Assembly: GCA_964016885.1 (NCBI GenBank)
Contig: OZ024743.1
Location: forward strand, 224,688,001-224,752,000
Length of the DNA stretch: 64,000 nt
Reading direction: 5' to 3'
Source of the DNA: Eledone cirrhosa
Lineage: Eukaryota
How positions within the stretch are numbered: position 1 is the stretch's first letter; each line of letters begins with the position of its first letter. Position numbers and translations under genes: made by a program. The notes under the pieces are model-generated. The model did not search any database. It had not been told where the DNA came from and saw only the letters and a list, made by a program, of their open reading frames with translations. Below, in pieces: positions 41,376 through 59,060 of the stretch.

Positions 41376-41715
41376 TCTGTAAGGTAACACATCTCTGGTC
41401 TGCCACTCTTAATGTTGGCACATTGGAAAGTAAACCTGTCTGGGGAAATTGTAGAGATGCTTCAGTAGAGTCGAATGGATGTGCGCAAATGGCGAAGCAT
41501 GGATGAGCTGAGAGAAAAACTGTATATAAGAGGAGTCAGATTTAGTGTGCAAAATAGAAGACTGTGCTGGTTCCTAGAAATTCCAGTGGAAGGTAGTTGC
41601 AGTAGAGGAAGACCTCAGCAGAGGTGATGAGAGCTAATTTCAAATCACTGATGCTCACAGGGAAGTAATGCAATGAATGGAGGGTGCTGTGCTGGAAAAG
41701 CAGACATAAATGATA

Positions 41716-41747
<32 letters not shown>

Positions 41748-41808
41748 ATAAGACAACTATATAGATATGTATGCATAACAGTATACACAGACATGTACAC
41801 ACAGACAC

Positions 41809-41852
<44 letters not shown>

Positions 41853-43179
41853 TCTCACAAGACAGGTACACCATACATAGAGCTATATATTTCAGCCTTT
41901 CTGTAGCCATGATTTCAGCTTTGTATTAAAACTGGTCACAACTGAATATTAATTGGTCAGTATCCTGTGTCGATAGTAATTCAAATTACCAACAAAAATG
42001 ATTTCTAGGGTGGTGGACATGGAAGGAGAGTGATCAGTGGTATTGTTGTTGTTTAGTCCATGTCAGCCCTGATCAGGTTGACTCATTGGCACCATGAACA
42101 TCTCATGATTTTGTTTCATCTAGTGTGCATCCAAGAATCATATTAAAAAAATATGTCATATGTTGCCTGGTGGTAAGGGTGTTGGACTTATGATCATAAT
42201 GACATGGGTTTGATTCCTTGACTGGGTTGTGTATTGTGTTCTTGAGCAAAACACTTCATTTCATGTTGCTCTTGTATACTCAGCTGAAAATGCATACCAG
42301 TAATAGCTGTGAGTTTAACCCCGTGATAGACTGGGATCCTGTTTTATACTCTCAGTTGCTTCATGCCACAGAAACCGGGATAGCACTAGCCTGATAAGCC
42401 TCTGGGCTTGTGACAGACTTTAGACTTTTAATAAGGTGTAATTTTAACAAAATTTGGCTGCTATTTCTAGTATGTTGAGTGTCTGTGTAAGGGCACCTCA
42501 TTGGCTGAAGGATAATCATATGTAGTAGTAGCAGAGCACCAACAAGAGTAGTAGTTGTAACAGCAGTACTAATTCTTGTAGTAGTAGTAGTAGTTAACAA
42601 TTACAACAAAATGGCCAAAAGGCAGAAAAGGAAAATACCCTAGTGTGGCCACAGTCAACTGAAACAAACAAAATAATAATCGAATAAAAAAAAATAGACA
42701 CAAAGCAAGAAATTTAGCAGAAGGGAACTAGAGATTGAAGTGACTCCACTTCTTCAATGGTACTTTATTTTTTAACCTCTGGAATGATAAAAGATGAAGT
42801 TGGCATTGATGGGATTTGAACTCAGAATGTAGATGACGTAACTAAATATTGAAACACTTTAACAATTTTACTGATCCACTGCTCAAATGTAGCTAAAGAA
42901 AGTATAAAACATCAACAACAAACACAATGATCAGATCATGTAACCTGCTAGAAATAACAGCCAAATCATCTACCATTTTAATATTGTTCTAGATGCACTG
43001 TATGAAAAGAAATGGTGTAATTTAATCTTTTTTTTATTTGGTAGACACTTACAGGTTATCTGAGACCAATGGAAAACCATTCCATTTCTAAACTAATTGA
43101 AGAATATATATGCTGTTGAAACAGCATGATCTCAGCTGCCAGACACCAACTCTAATGTTTATATATATATATTTCACAA

Positions 43180-43213
<34 letters not shown>

Positions 43214-44089
43214 CATCATTTAATATCCATGTTAGCGTGTTAGGGAGGGAGAGAGAAGAGAGGGAGAGAAAGAAAAGAGATAGATAGATACATACATACA
43301 CACATATATAAATATCATCATCATTTATCATCCAAATTTCCTGCATCTTGCTTACTTGTGTTCTTGTATTCTACCAAATACATTTTATCATGGTACCAGT
43401 TCTAGGGAGTTTGTCATGTCTTTAACACTGCTGAAGAATACTCCCAACCATTTATTTGGCAGGTTTTCTATGTCTGGATGCCCTTCATATCACCAATGCT
43501 AGGGAGGTTGTTATATCTTTTATGCAATTAAAGAGTCCTTCCAACACTTTGTTTAGCAAGCCTTCTACAGCTGGATGCCCTTCCTATCATCAAACACTTT
43601 ATAGGGTGCACTAGGTGCATTATATACCTAGGTAGGGTCATGCTGCAATAAAAACACATGCACAGTTAGCTTTCACTTCAGTTTTATTATTAGTCAGGTA
43701 ACTACTCTATTCTTTGGTTAGTTTACTAATCAGACTGTCAAAGATCTTTTGTCATTCATTATGTGGCATTCTCAATGACTATTCATGCTCTTCTGTGTCT
43801 CACTTTCATTTTGTTTATGTTTTATTTACTCCATCTTGTTATGTGATATATCACAAAATGTGTGACAAGGTAAAACTCAACAGGTGGAATTGGCTTTTGG
43901 CAGCATGACCTTTCTAAAGTATAACTTCCTATTTCCACGCAATTTCACATCAAGAATCTTGCAAAACAAATACAAAAATGAGCAACACATCTGATCTGGT
44001 TTGGCTCACAATAGGACAACTTGTCTAACCCATGCTAGCATGGAAAAATGGACATTAAATGGTGATGATGATGATTGATATATATAGGG

Positions 44090-44425
44090 TAAAGACCCCC
44101 TTTGGTCATGAATAACCATGAGATTTGCACCTAGAAAGTTCCCCTCCGAGGCACAAGTCCGGGCAAGGCTGTTTGTGGAAGACCCACAGTTGCCCATGCA
44201 TACCAGCCTCCCCTCTCCACTCCACCGATGTTGTCCAAGGGAAAGGCAAAGGCTAATACAGCTTAGCACCAGTGATATCACAACTGATTTCTACAGCTGA
44301 GTGAACTGGAATGTGAAATAAAGTGTCTTGCTCAAGAACACAACGCAAAGCCCGGTCTGAGAATCAAACTCATAACCTCGCAATTGTAAGTTCGATGCTC
44401 TAACCACTAAGCCATGCACCTTCAT
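44090..44425 (-). mobile_element. tRNA-derived SINE family B, full length (also about 31620-31870)
   Basis: Reverse strand reads gaaggtgcatggcttagtggttagagc...gagtttgattc...cttgagcaagacactttatttcac. Confidence 0.75.
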
Positions 44426-45999
44426 CACACACATATATATATATTAATACATATATTAATACCATATACGAAATACCTTATTGTTCCCACAACATGGAGT
44501 GCTTACATCTGATTACATATATATACACACAAATACACACACATATATATATATATGCTAGCATGGAAGATGGACTCATATATATATATATGCACCTTTA
44601 CATATGCACATATATACATATATATACACACCTTTACAGAGTAAGTGAAATAGCCAACTAATCAAATGTAAAGAAAAGAGCAGTAATTAGATTTGGTGAA
44701 TTGAAATAATGAGTTGTTTATATATAACTAATAATTTAGAAAGGTCAAATTTAGGTACTGAAAAGGTTAAAGTAAGTCCAGAGACTTCTTTCACAATGAT
44801 TTTCTGGTAAATAACCTATAAAAGTATTTTTCTGTCTTTCCTTCTAATGTTGTTCTGTTTATGTAGAATAAAATATTTCCTAGCTTTATATTATTTTATT
44901 CTTTTACTGTTTTCAGTCATTTTACTGCAGCCATAGTTTCTACTTACTTTTTTCAAGTCTGCACCTTACTTTATTGACCTCTCTTTGTCAAACTGCTAAG
45001 TTATAAAATACAGACTCAAATGTAAATACAGTCATAGACACACACATATCATCACCATCATCATTATCAGGCTAGTACAGTTTCTGTATACTATATTTCA
45101 CTCACAAGGCATTGATCAATCTGAGACTGCCGTAGAAGACACTTGCCCAAGGTGCTTATGGTGGAACTGAACTTGAAAGCATCTGGTTGCAAAGCAAACT
45201 CTTTAACCGCACAGCCATGAGAATATAACAGGTATATAAATATATTCTTGTGTGTTTCTGGGTAGACATCTAGCATACATATAAGATTTATTCAAATTTG
45301 AAATCTCTTAAGTTGTTACTCTGAGTTTCCTGCTTCAATCTCTACTGTTTCACCATATTGAGTACATTCTTCGTTTAATTATATATCTGACCATTGCTTC
45401 ACTCCTCTCCTAATCTCAGTCACATTAGATGTCAAAGAAAGGAGACTATGTAGATGGAAAGGACTTCCTAGCCTTGAAGGGAACAAGAGAACCTGTCTTG
45501 TGATGGTGCTGTGGTGAATGCACCCAATACATTCAGTGGAGTGACTGATGATCAAATGGAGACATGACAATCATTCTGATCCTGGTGTCATGATAAAACA
45601 CACACAGTACACTCTATAAAGTGGTTGGTATTAAGAAAGATATTAAAGCCATAGAATGCAAACCAAAAATGGAACATATCTGCTAAAAGTAGTTCTAGTT
45701 ATACAGTAACTCTGAATAAGAACCGATTTAAGATACAAAGCAGCGCACACAGTCACAGACACACACAGATGGCAATATACATGTCCATCCTACCCAAACT
45801 AGGAAATAAAGCAGAATACCTACTCCTGTTCTCCAGCTATTCTATAGATAACATTAACACTTTGATCATTAACTATAGTAGTGTAGGTATGCTGAATGTC
45901 AGTGTATTACAGGTATTAACAATATTTATTTTATTTACTTTAAATGGAAACCTTTTTCTAATAAAAGACATCGCTTAAATAACTTTTTTTTTTATTATT

Positions 46000-46197
46000 G
46001 TAAGGTGGTGGATTGGCTGTCGGTAGAACTCTATGCTTCATAGCATAGAGTTATGTTCCTTTACGTTCTGAGTTCAAATCCTGCTGAGGTTAGCTTTGCC
46101 TTTCATCTTTACAGGGTCGATAAAATAAAGTGGGTCAATTTAATTGACAGCCCTTCTCCAAATTTGTTGGCCTTGTGCCTAAATCAGAAACCATTAT
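46000..46197 (+). mobile_element. tRNA-derived SINE family A
   Basis: ggtagaac..gagttcaaatcc..gcctttcatc..gggtcgataaaataaag..ggccttgtgcc. Confidence 0.78.
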
Positions 46198-47636
46198 TAC
46201 ACTGGTGTTTTTAATATAATTTAACAAAGGTACTTTATAAAATTATGATGGAAGGTTTTTTGATAAATATAAACACTTTAAAACAAACAGGTTTGTATCA
46301 TAGAACCAGGGCCAGTTTCAAGCAGCTTAGTATCAAAAGAATTAAGTTTACTTTATTACAACTGTGACATATAATTTCTTACATTTTTGTGTTCACAGAT
46401 TATTAAAACCATTCTGTGAATTTGTGAATTTATGTTTATCTCCCACATTAGTAATACAAAAAAAAGAAGGGAAAAAGACAATCATATGATCAGACAATGT
46501 TGCCATTCATTATTCTACTGCTGATGCTATTTGTTGGTCAAAACTTTTGGCAGAATGAAGCAGGATGTGAACTCAGTATGCACAGAGGCAGAGCAAATAC
46601 TGCAAAACACTTTGTGGAATTCTTTACCAATTCTGTCAATCCACCAATCTTGAACAGGTAAATTAATTATCGGCCCTAAATGGATGTAAAGCTTCATTGA
46701 CCTTGACATGATTTGAACTGAGAGCACAGTGATCTGGAACAAATACAGGGGCATTTAATGTGATGCCTTTATGACTGTCAATTTGCTGCCTAGTAATACA
46801 AGTGACGTGAGATGTCTGCAACTAGGAATCAGAGCTGGGTTGTATGTGGTGTTAGTCCACCAGATGCATTTTTCAATGTCTATAGGTATAAAATGGAACA
46901 AGATTAGACCAGGGATATAAAGTTATTACAATGAAGCCTTCAGTGATTATTGCTGCACAGATCAGATTGACATTGGTAAAATGCTAAATTTAGACTAGTG
47001 TTGCCATGTTAAGCAGTGAGGCTATAATGTCAATGGCTGAAGTCTGTAGGTCAGTTATGATAATTAATCTTTTATGTTTTGTGTTTCACAACTGCAGCAA
47101 AGTGTGTGGAATTAAACTACAGTATGTCCATAGAATCATGGTTAAAATAGTCAGCCTCAAAGGGATCACTATCATCACCACCACCACCATCACATGTCTA
47201 TGGAATGATCAGAGATTTGTACATTAATTTCATAAGCAGGATGCTCCATTGATCAAACAAGTGGAAAACTTGTCAGAACCAACAGAACTCTGATGCATGC
47301 ACACACACACATACATACATGGCTCTCTAGTAGAATATTAACCATATAATTAATATATCAATCAAAACAGTAGGCTGGTATGAATCCAGTACCAAGCATT
47401 ATTAACTCTTAACATCCTGTAATGATTTATCAGAAAATATCTAAAAACGGATTTGTTAATTGAAATGTTTATAGTATCTTTACTATTGGACAGATTGTTG
47501 TGAAAATTTGCAGTAAACTAAAGTTAAGACAACCATTTTTTAATGTGATGCAGTTATAGTACTGCTTTGTACTTTTCAAATATGTTTTGCTAATACAGTT
47601 CTATGTTGTACAGGACGTTAATAGTTAAAACAGAAA

Positions 47637-47860
47637 TTAACCCTTTAGCATTTACTCTATATATACTATTGTATTTTTATGGTAAAAGCTTTATCTTACA
47701 TAATTATCTCACATAACATTGAAGCTACGAGATTTTGATGTTATTTATTTTGAGAACAATACCTTATCATTTGTATGAGTGGCCAATTAGGGCCGATTTG
47801 AATAGAAAGAGGTGAGAGAATTCTGGCCAAATATGACCAGTTTAAATGCTAAAGGGTTAA
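47637..47860. mobile_element. piggyBac-like MITE (TTAA TSD, CCCTTTAGCATTTA TIR); further copies near 7452, 11455, 27242 and 33685
   Basis: ttaa-ccctttagcattta ... taaatgctaaaggg-ttaa. Confidence 0.82.
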
Positions 47861-48388
47861 AACATTCAAATAAAACACGACAAAATGAAAAGAAATATTT
47901 AAAATTAGAATTAGTTTATTTTTCCCATTTCAGTTGTATTTTTTTTTCTTTTGCATTGAACAAAGTGAACCAAGATGAAATTTTCTAGAAACCAGGAGAA
48001 ATAATAGCAACAACAACAACAACAATAGTCATGATAATAATAATAATAGTAGTAGTAATAACAAAAATAATAATTATTATAATCACTTAATAATAATTAG
48101 GTATGAAACCTTTTTTTATCATCAAGGCAAATAATATTAAGTGCCTTCTCCAGAAACATAATGCAATATTTCTAGTAGTAAAAAAAAAAAGAAAAAAGAT
48201 GACCCCCCCGCTACCAGATGAGTTTGATAGTTTTTAATATTTACAAATCTCAGTAGTAGTAGTAGTAGTATTAGTAATAATAATAATAATAATAATAATA
48301 ATTGTTTCTACTTTTGGCACAAGGCCAGCAATTATCCCAGTGTATTACTGGTACTTTATTTTATCGACCCCATAAGGATGAAAGGCAA

Positions 48389-48437
<49 letters not shown>

Positions 48438-48541
48438 TTCAATAATAATGATGATGATGATGGTGATAATGATTATTTTGATGATGGTGATGATGGTAAT
48501 AATAATCATGATTTCTTAATGTTAACAACAAGAAAAAACAC

Positions 48542-48583
<42 letters not shown>

Positions 48584-49518
48584 CATTATTATCATCATTA
48601 AAGTTAATAAGTGTCAGAAATGGTAAAGTGCCAACAGACTAAACAGTACCAAACAGTTATTTAGTTACCATCTACAATCTGATTCCAAATCCCACTTGCT
48701 GGAGTTGACTGTCTTTCATCCTTCTTGAGTCAATAAAATAAGACACCAGTCATACACACAAGTACCTATTCAATCAACTATAGCCATCACCTGCAAATTT
48801 AAAGGCTCTGATTTAATGCAAGAAAGTATTATTACACACACATACATACACACACACATACATATATATGTATATATTACAATTAGTGGAATTATTATAC
48901 ATACAATTTTCCCAATGTAAACCCTACTCTGTGTTACTTTTCATTCTTGTATTATACCTAATGTCTCTGGCCCTTGTGGCCAATAAATAAAATCGTTATT
49001 ATTATTATTATTATTATTATTATTTTTATTAATGGCGGATGGAATGGCTGGAAAATTAGAGATTTGGGCAAACTGCCTAACAGTATTTATTCTGGCTCCT
49101 TCTGTTCTGAGTTCAAATTCCGCCACCCAAGATTGCTGGCCTTGTGCCTAATTTAATCAACAATAACAGGAAATATAATAAACAGGTTGCTTGACATCAG
49201 CAAAAAACTGAGGATCTAAACTCGAGAATATGGGGCACCAGGATTTGCTATCAATTTCTGAAAGTAACCATTGTTTTCAGAAGAGTATGAAATGAAATGA
49301 ATGAAGTGGACTGTGTCATGTATAGAATACCATTTTATTTTTCTGGGGCACAAGGACCATATTGTGTAATGGGAGTGTTTACAGTTATGAAAGAATACAA
49401 GCAATCCTGGCAAGATTTGAATGGAGGAATTAGAAACCCCGAATTAAATGCCATGAAGTATCTAGTGTGGTACCCTATTACTTATTGTACCATAAAAATA
49501 AATTACACCACTGGAGAG

Positions 49519-49566
<48 letters not shown>

Positions 49567-51240
49567 TGTGTGAGTCCCGGTTTCAATGAAACAGTTCTAG
49601 TCCTGTAGAAGCCATTTCTATATTAAATTTGTTATATATATGTATATAAATTTCTGTCTCCTAAATGTTCATGTGTAAAAACAAAATTAGTTTATATGAA
49701 ATAGTTTAAGATAGTTTTGAGAAAGTTGCTACAATGTAATTTAGAAATACAAGAGTGAAAACTGTAATAGAGTGAAGTAAGAAAAACAACACAAAAACAG
49801 TTTATACTTTTACCTTATATTTCATAATATTTGAAAAAGATATCCTAACATCAAAATATCATGAAAAAACTACCAAGATATGATTACAGGTTTACCAAAT
49901 CTGAACAGAATCTTTGAGTACATGGAAGCTATGAAAAGATTCAACAATAGAAATGTCTAGCTGTTTTACAGCTTCCTTTGTTTCCTCTTTTCTTTTCATT
50001 TTCTTATGCATAATCTACCTCCCATTGGCCTTCAATATCTGAAAATTTTTTCCCTTAAAAATTTTTTTTTAATACTTGTCACACTATCTCTTTTTGATTA
50101 CCAACTGTAAGCAGTACTCAATACTTCCCCTAGTCAGTCATGGCTTACCAGCTCTATACGGACGTTTAAATTGAATAAATAAATAAATAAATATGGTCAA
50201 AGTATAAATTGTTTTGTTTCATTTTTTTTACTTTAGTTTTGAATCTTATATTTTTAATTTTGATTATACCAGTTTTCTCAAAACAATAATGTAAAAAATT
50301 TGTGTATCACATGATCCAGGTTCACTACAGGTATGTCTCTAGATAAAGTATTTAACTCTACTAGCCAGATTAACATGGTATCATCCCCATTATATAATAC
50401 AGCAGTTGGTGTTAAGAAGGATATATAGATATATGAAGTTACAAAAAATATTCCCAGAAAATATTCTGACCTGAGCAACTTCTAATATATGAAAATAGTT
50501 ATATAAACAAAAGAAAAGAAAGGAAGAGAAAAATCTCGAGTGCTCAAGAGTTTTCAATTAGTCATTAATTCTACATTTTTGTTATAAATCTGCATTCTGG
50601 TAAAGATACAAATTGAATCACGTAAACACAGCCTTCACAAGAGAACATTTAATACCAATAAACCATCATTGTTACTGGCTAACAAACAAGACATATTCAT
50701 CAAACTAAGAGAATGCTAGAATGGATCTGATCCTTAATTCTTTCATTACCATATTCTAATGAAACACACTATTTTAATTAATTAATGAAGAATTTTGAGG
50801 GATTTACTAAAATTATTATTTCATTAAGATAGTAGCTTAACAAATGGTTCTTATATAAAATTATGTTTGAATATTTTGATATAGATAGGAAACCTTTAAA
50901 GTTGGTGGCTTTGTTCCACAGAACCAATGGCAGTATCAAAAAGGTTAAATATGTAGATATTTTTTATTTTAAACTAAAAAATACAAGACTATTTAAGAGA
51001 GTCTAAGGATATATGTTTCTAGTTTTATTTCTGATCTAATTCTAGCATGTACACACATACACAAACTATATATAGAGAGAGTGAAAATAAGAAGTCAGAT
51101 TTGTCATTTTATATATATACACTCTGCAAAATAGATCCGCCTTAAACCTGGAGCACAACCCAGTAAGAGATGGACCCCGTAACTGCATTGAGTGCTTCGA
51201 CCAGGATTGACACTAGCAAACTCATTTACTCACATAATAA

Positions 51241-51291
<51 letters not shown>

Positions 51292-52336
51292 GTTTCTATT
51301 TTAGGCACAATGCCAGCAATTACCCAGTACATTACTGGTACTTTATTTTATCGACCCCATAAGGATGAAAGGCAAAGTTAACCTCGGCGGGATTTGAACT
51401 CCTTATTTATATCAAGATCAATTATAATGAATATGTATTCTATTTTTTTTTTATTACATTACACTATGGCAGCTATTTTGAAATAAGAATTATGGGTAAT
51501 AAGATGTGATATTTTGTGAAGGTTAAGCCTGACAAGAAATTATAATCTTTCCCCATAAAACAAGTATGTTTTTAGTAAATAATATTTGTCAGAAAGAACA
51601 CATTATATTGCAGTTCAGCATAAATATGATTTTTTAATGTTATTATGATAAATGGTGATGCTGATGATAAGAAGAATCTTGAAGTATAATATATTATCTG
51701 CTTAGTAGCATAGGCTATATTGTTTAGTTCAGACCACTGATTAGTTTACTATTTTTATCTACAACACTGGATGTGGTTAGAATGTCTCAGGAAAGAATCA
51801 CTGGACAGATTTTATGAGCGAAACCAACTGGCAGGAGACCCAGGAGTAGACCCTGAGCAAGATGGTTGGATAACATCCATGAGCTTGACTGGTCTCACTT
51901 GGGAATCCAGCTGGATCAGTTGGAGATGGTTGCTTCTGACAGGACCCGCTGGAAGGAGTGTTTGTGGACTCTTTCCCCAAGACCCACTTAGGAAGAAAAA
52001 GAAGAAAACTGGATATATTTAATATGATGATGGATTTTCTGTAGATTTTTGACAATGAATATTCAGTTGATCAATTAATTGAATGTTTAACTCTCGAGTT
52101 AACATGTAAGTGGTTCAGTAATCCACATTCTTTTAATGTATGACAAGGCTGAAAACTTGAATCACAGGTACAACAATACACCCAACTGGTTGCTATGCAG
52201 TTTGACTCACAATATGATAATAGGTAAATGAAAGCCAGTAGAGCTTCCAAAACGTGGAGACTAAACAAAAGCGTGTGTAGAAAATAATTCATTACAGGTA
52301 CAAACAAGCAACAACAATTCAGGTTTGAACTTTAGA

Positions 52337-52368
<32 letters not shown>

Positions 52369-52630
52369 AACCCATGTAAGCATGGAAGATGAACGTTAAA
52401 GGAAGAACGAAGATGATGATGATATATATATATGTGATTGTGGTGTTGGGCTCATAATTCGTGTTTGATTTCTGGCCTGGACAATGACGTGTTCTTGAGC
52501 AAAATACTTAATTTCACATTTCACACTTCTGCTTGATAGTATTAGTAATTAAAAGGATCAATAGAAACATTGTTTCCTTGGTCTAATCTGATTGGTTCCT
52601 TTCCTTCATGCATATGTATGTGTATATATA

Positions 52631-53059
52631 CATAAAGAGATTACGCAATAGTGATTGCCCAAACATGAGGAGTGAATTTTTCACACGTTGTCCACACGTC
52701 ACCAAACATCTATTGCATAACTACAAGGCTACGGACTGATTCTTTGTAATTTTATTTTTAATTATTTTAATTTTATTTTCAACCTAAAAATTTTCCGGAC
52801 TTTCGCAGTTATCTCCCTTACACCACCCGCATGCAGTCAATTATTGCCTGTGTGAAGTGACCGAGTTTCTGTGCATGCACGTTCATACGGTTGTCCTTCT
52901 TGTTCCTATAAACATACACATCCCGAGCTGAAGATCCGTGAAGGTGAAACAATTGTTCTCGGTATGGTGAACTAACTGTTGTGTAACCACTTCTACCTAA
53001 CTCGTCCCTTGGACTGAGTGCTCTACCACTACGGATATTACCTTCCAGTGTTCCACCAT
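52631..53059 (+). mobile_element. Penelope-like element 3' fragment (ORF tail 52632-52739 plus pLTR)
   Basis: Tail peptide ..NMRSEFFTRCPHVTKHLLHNY* resembles the PLE C-terminus (compare LNKKSEAISAC at about 60350); it is followed by a hammerhead and flanked by TA repeats. Confidence 0.72.
52919..52966 (+). ncRNA. Minimal type I hammerhead ribozyme
   Basis: catcccgag-CTGAAGA-tcc gtgaa ggt-GAAA-c aatt g-TT-ctcggtatg; stem I pairs 8 of 9, palindromic loop III, GUU triplet. Confidence 0.82.
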
Positions 53060-56325
<3,266 letters not shown>

Positions 56326-56368
56326 TACGATATTAAACAAATGGAAACTACATTTATAAAACCATATT

Positions 56369-56434
56369 TATTTCATTATATATATTTCAGGGATATCATA
56401 TTAAAAATATGGTATGCCCTCTTCAGACAAAATA
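56369..56434 (-). ncRNA. Type I hammerhead ribozyme (mirror copy)
   Basis: Exact reverse complement of 56572-56637. Confidence 0.75.
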
Positions 56435-56571
56435 CAATATATAAACAGTTTTATAAATAAATTTGACATACCTTAAAAAATTTTACAACTTCCATTTAAA
56501 AACTTTTTAAATGGAAGTTGTAAAATTTTTTAAGGTATGTCAAATTTATTTATAAAACTGTTTATATATTG

Positions 56572-56637
56572 TATTTTGTCTGAAGAGGGCATACCATATT
56601 TTTAATATGATATCCCTGAAATATATATAATGAAATA
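56572..56637 (+). ncRNA. Type I hammerhead ribozyme with long stem II
   Basis: tattttgt-CTGAAGA-gggcataccatatt ttt aatatgatatccct-GAAA-t atat a-TA-atgaaata; stem I 8 bp with two GU pairs, stem II 12 of 14, AUA triplet. Confidence 0.78.
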
Positions 56638-56870
56638 AATATGGTTTTATAAATGTAGTTTCCATTTGTTTAATATCGTAAAATACTCCAAAACCTGTTG
56701 AGTGCTTTTATATCAGTTATAAAATATTTACTCGTTGTAACCCAACAATTTTAAATAAAACTTTTGCATATATTTGTATATATATATATTCATATATATA
56801 TATTTATATATATATATATATATTCATATATATATTTATATATATTCATGTATATATATATATTCATATA

Positions 56871-57298
56871 TCATCATCATCATCATCATCAACGTTTAAC
56901 GTCCGTGTTCCACGCTTGCATGGGTTTGGACGGGGGTAGTCCCACTTGAGGCAAGAGTGATTGTCTTGCTCGCATAGGACTGTCTGGCAGGTTTTCTACA
57001 GTTGGATGCCCTTCCTAACACCAACCACATTTACAGTGTGGGTCTGGGAGGTTTTTACCGTGTTGCCTACACGGCCACATTACAGCGTGGACTGTGTGTT
57101 TTTTTGTCGTGACACCTACACGATCTCATTTGTTTCGGCCCGGATGGCGCGGCACCAACATAACTTTACATAGGACGGGGTGGTGTGGATGGGGTGGGGG
57201 TGGTGGTGGTGGGACGGGGTGTATTTTGTTAGAGATGCCTACTGGCAAGGCGGGTCTTCTCTGTTACTGAGTACCGCCAAAGGTCTCGGTCCAGTGAC
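56871..57298 (-). mobile_element. RTE LINE 3' end (ORF tail plus UTR), a subfamily diverged from 60917-62235
   Basis: Minus-strand SLDRDLWRYSVTEKTR versus THDRDFWRHAVIQSTR; (CAT)n tail. Confidence 0.75.
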
Positions 57299-57362
<64 letters not shown>

Positions 57363-57370
<8 letters not shown>

Positions 57371-59060
57371 ATACTTGGGGAGGGTCATATTTGTGTAATA
57401 TTGCCAGAATTAATAACAGAACACACTCACTGTTTGGTTGGTTTTCGCTTCTCGCTGTCTTTTATATCTGCGATCTAACTTAATCGGTCCTCAATGTTGC
57501 CATTGACTGACCGACGGTCAAAAATAATACAGATACAATATAGACACAAACACATATATATAGTTTACATAATTTACATAAATCTTTCGTTGCCCATCTG
57601 CAACATCGTCAGTGGTGTTATATTTTTTCCTCCTGTTGTGTTGTATGTCTACGCCATTTTTTATTCAGTCTGTCTATATATTTATTTATTTATTTGCTTG
57701 TTTGTTTATTTTATTTTGTGTTCTTTGCGCATGCCTTTGCGTGTGTGTACAGTGTTGTGTGTGCTGTGTGACTAGTGTGTATAGTGTTGTGTCTGCTGGG
57801 TGACTAGTGTGTGTTTATGTGCTTGTTGTTATTGTGCTTGTGTATGTATTTATTTATCTTATTTTATTTTATTTTATTTATTTACTTATTTATACTTCTC
57901 TTAGGTCAGTGTTGTTTGTTTGGGTGTTGTTATTGTTCCACTCATTCTTTCTGTTTAGCTTTGGTCTTCTAATTTCTATTTCACTGGCCTCTCTGATTTG
58001 CCTATCTGCTGGGTCATTCCTATGTTTAGATATTATTCTAATTTCTATGTTGTCTATGTTACCGTCATGTTGTTGTCTAGCATGTTCGTATAGTACTGAC
58101 CCGTTTTTTCGTTCTTTTAGTTCCCCCCAGTGTTGGTCTATCCTTTCACCTATGCTACGAGCTGTCTCACCTATGTATGTTGTTGTCATGTTTCTGCAAG
58201 TACCCTCTGTACATCTTATGCTATAGACTACGTTTCTAGTTTTACAGTTTATCCGGGGGTTCACCTTACATATGATACATTTCCTATTGGTACAGTGGGT
58301 TTTCTTAAAAGGGTAGGTTTTGCTGATCAGGGATTTTATGGTGGTTCCTGGCTTTTCTACCACGTTTATTTTTAAGTGGGTCTTTCTCAGGGCCTTTCTA
58401 CACTGGTTAGCTAATTTCCCTCCAGGGGTGGCGTCCACAAACATGACACTCTGATATCTCTGGTTGTCGTTCCATGATGTGGCCTTCCCTATCTTATGTC
58501 TAGCCCTATCTAAGCTATTCCATGATTTGCTCCTGTATAGTGGGCAAATTCCTTTCATGTCCAGTTCTATGAGGGTCTTATACTTTTCCATGGCTCCTTC
58601 GTATACTCTGACTCTGTCTCTTTGGTTGTAGCCAGAGAACTGCATGCGGTTGATGAAGTGTTGGATGTGTCTTTCCATTTCCATAAATATATAGACAGAC
58701 TGAATAAAAAATGGCGTAGACATACAACACAACAGGAGGAAAATATATAACACCACTGACGATGTTGCAGATGTGCAACGAAAGATTTATGTAAATCATG
58801 TAAACTATATATATGTGTTTGTGTCTATATTGTATCTGTATTATTTTTGACCGTCGGTCAGTCAATGGCAACATTGAGGACCGATTAAGTTAGATCGCAG
58901 ATATAAAAGACAGCGAGAAGCGAAAACCAACCAAACAGTGAGTGTGTTCTGTTATTAATTCTGGCAATATTACACAAATATGACCCTCCCCAAGTATAAC
59001 AATATTTGTTTCGACACACGATTTCATATAAAAAACCTCGCTAAACTAATTCATCGCCGC
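57363..59060 (-). mobile_element. 5'-truncated Penelope-like element (Neptune-like GIY-YIG) with inverted pLTR
   Basis: ORF 57890-58683: RT-thumb tail, CTNRKCIICK..CKTRNVVYSIRC..C..YIGETARSIGERIDQH..R..REASEI..PKLN. Inverted arms 57363-57685 and 58683-59005. Confidence 0.9.

Larger units (their letters stand above)
56326..56770 (+). mobile_element. PLE-like 3' end with perfect inverted duplication (arms 56326-56502 and 56504-56680)
   Basis: 177-bp perfect palindrome with a 1-nt spacer; the right arm continues to AATAAA near 56755; embedded in TA repeats. Confidence 0.7.
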
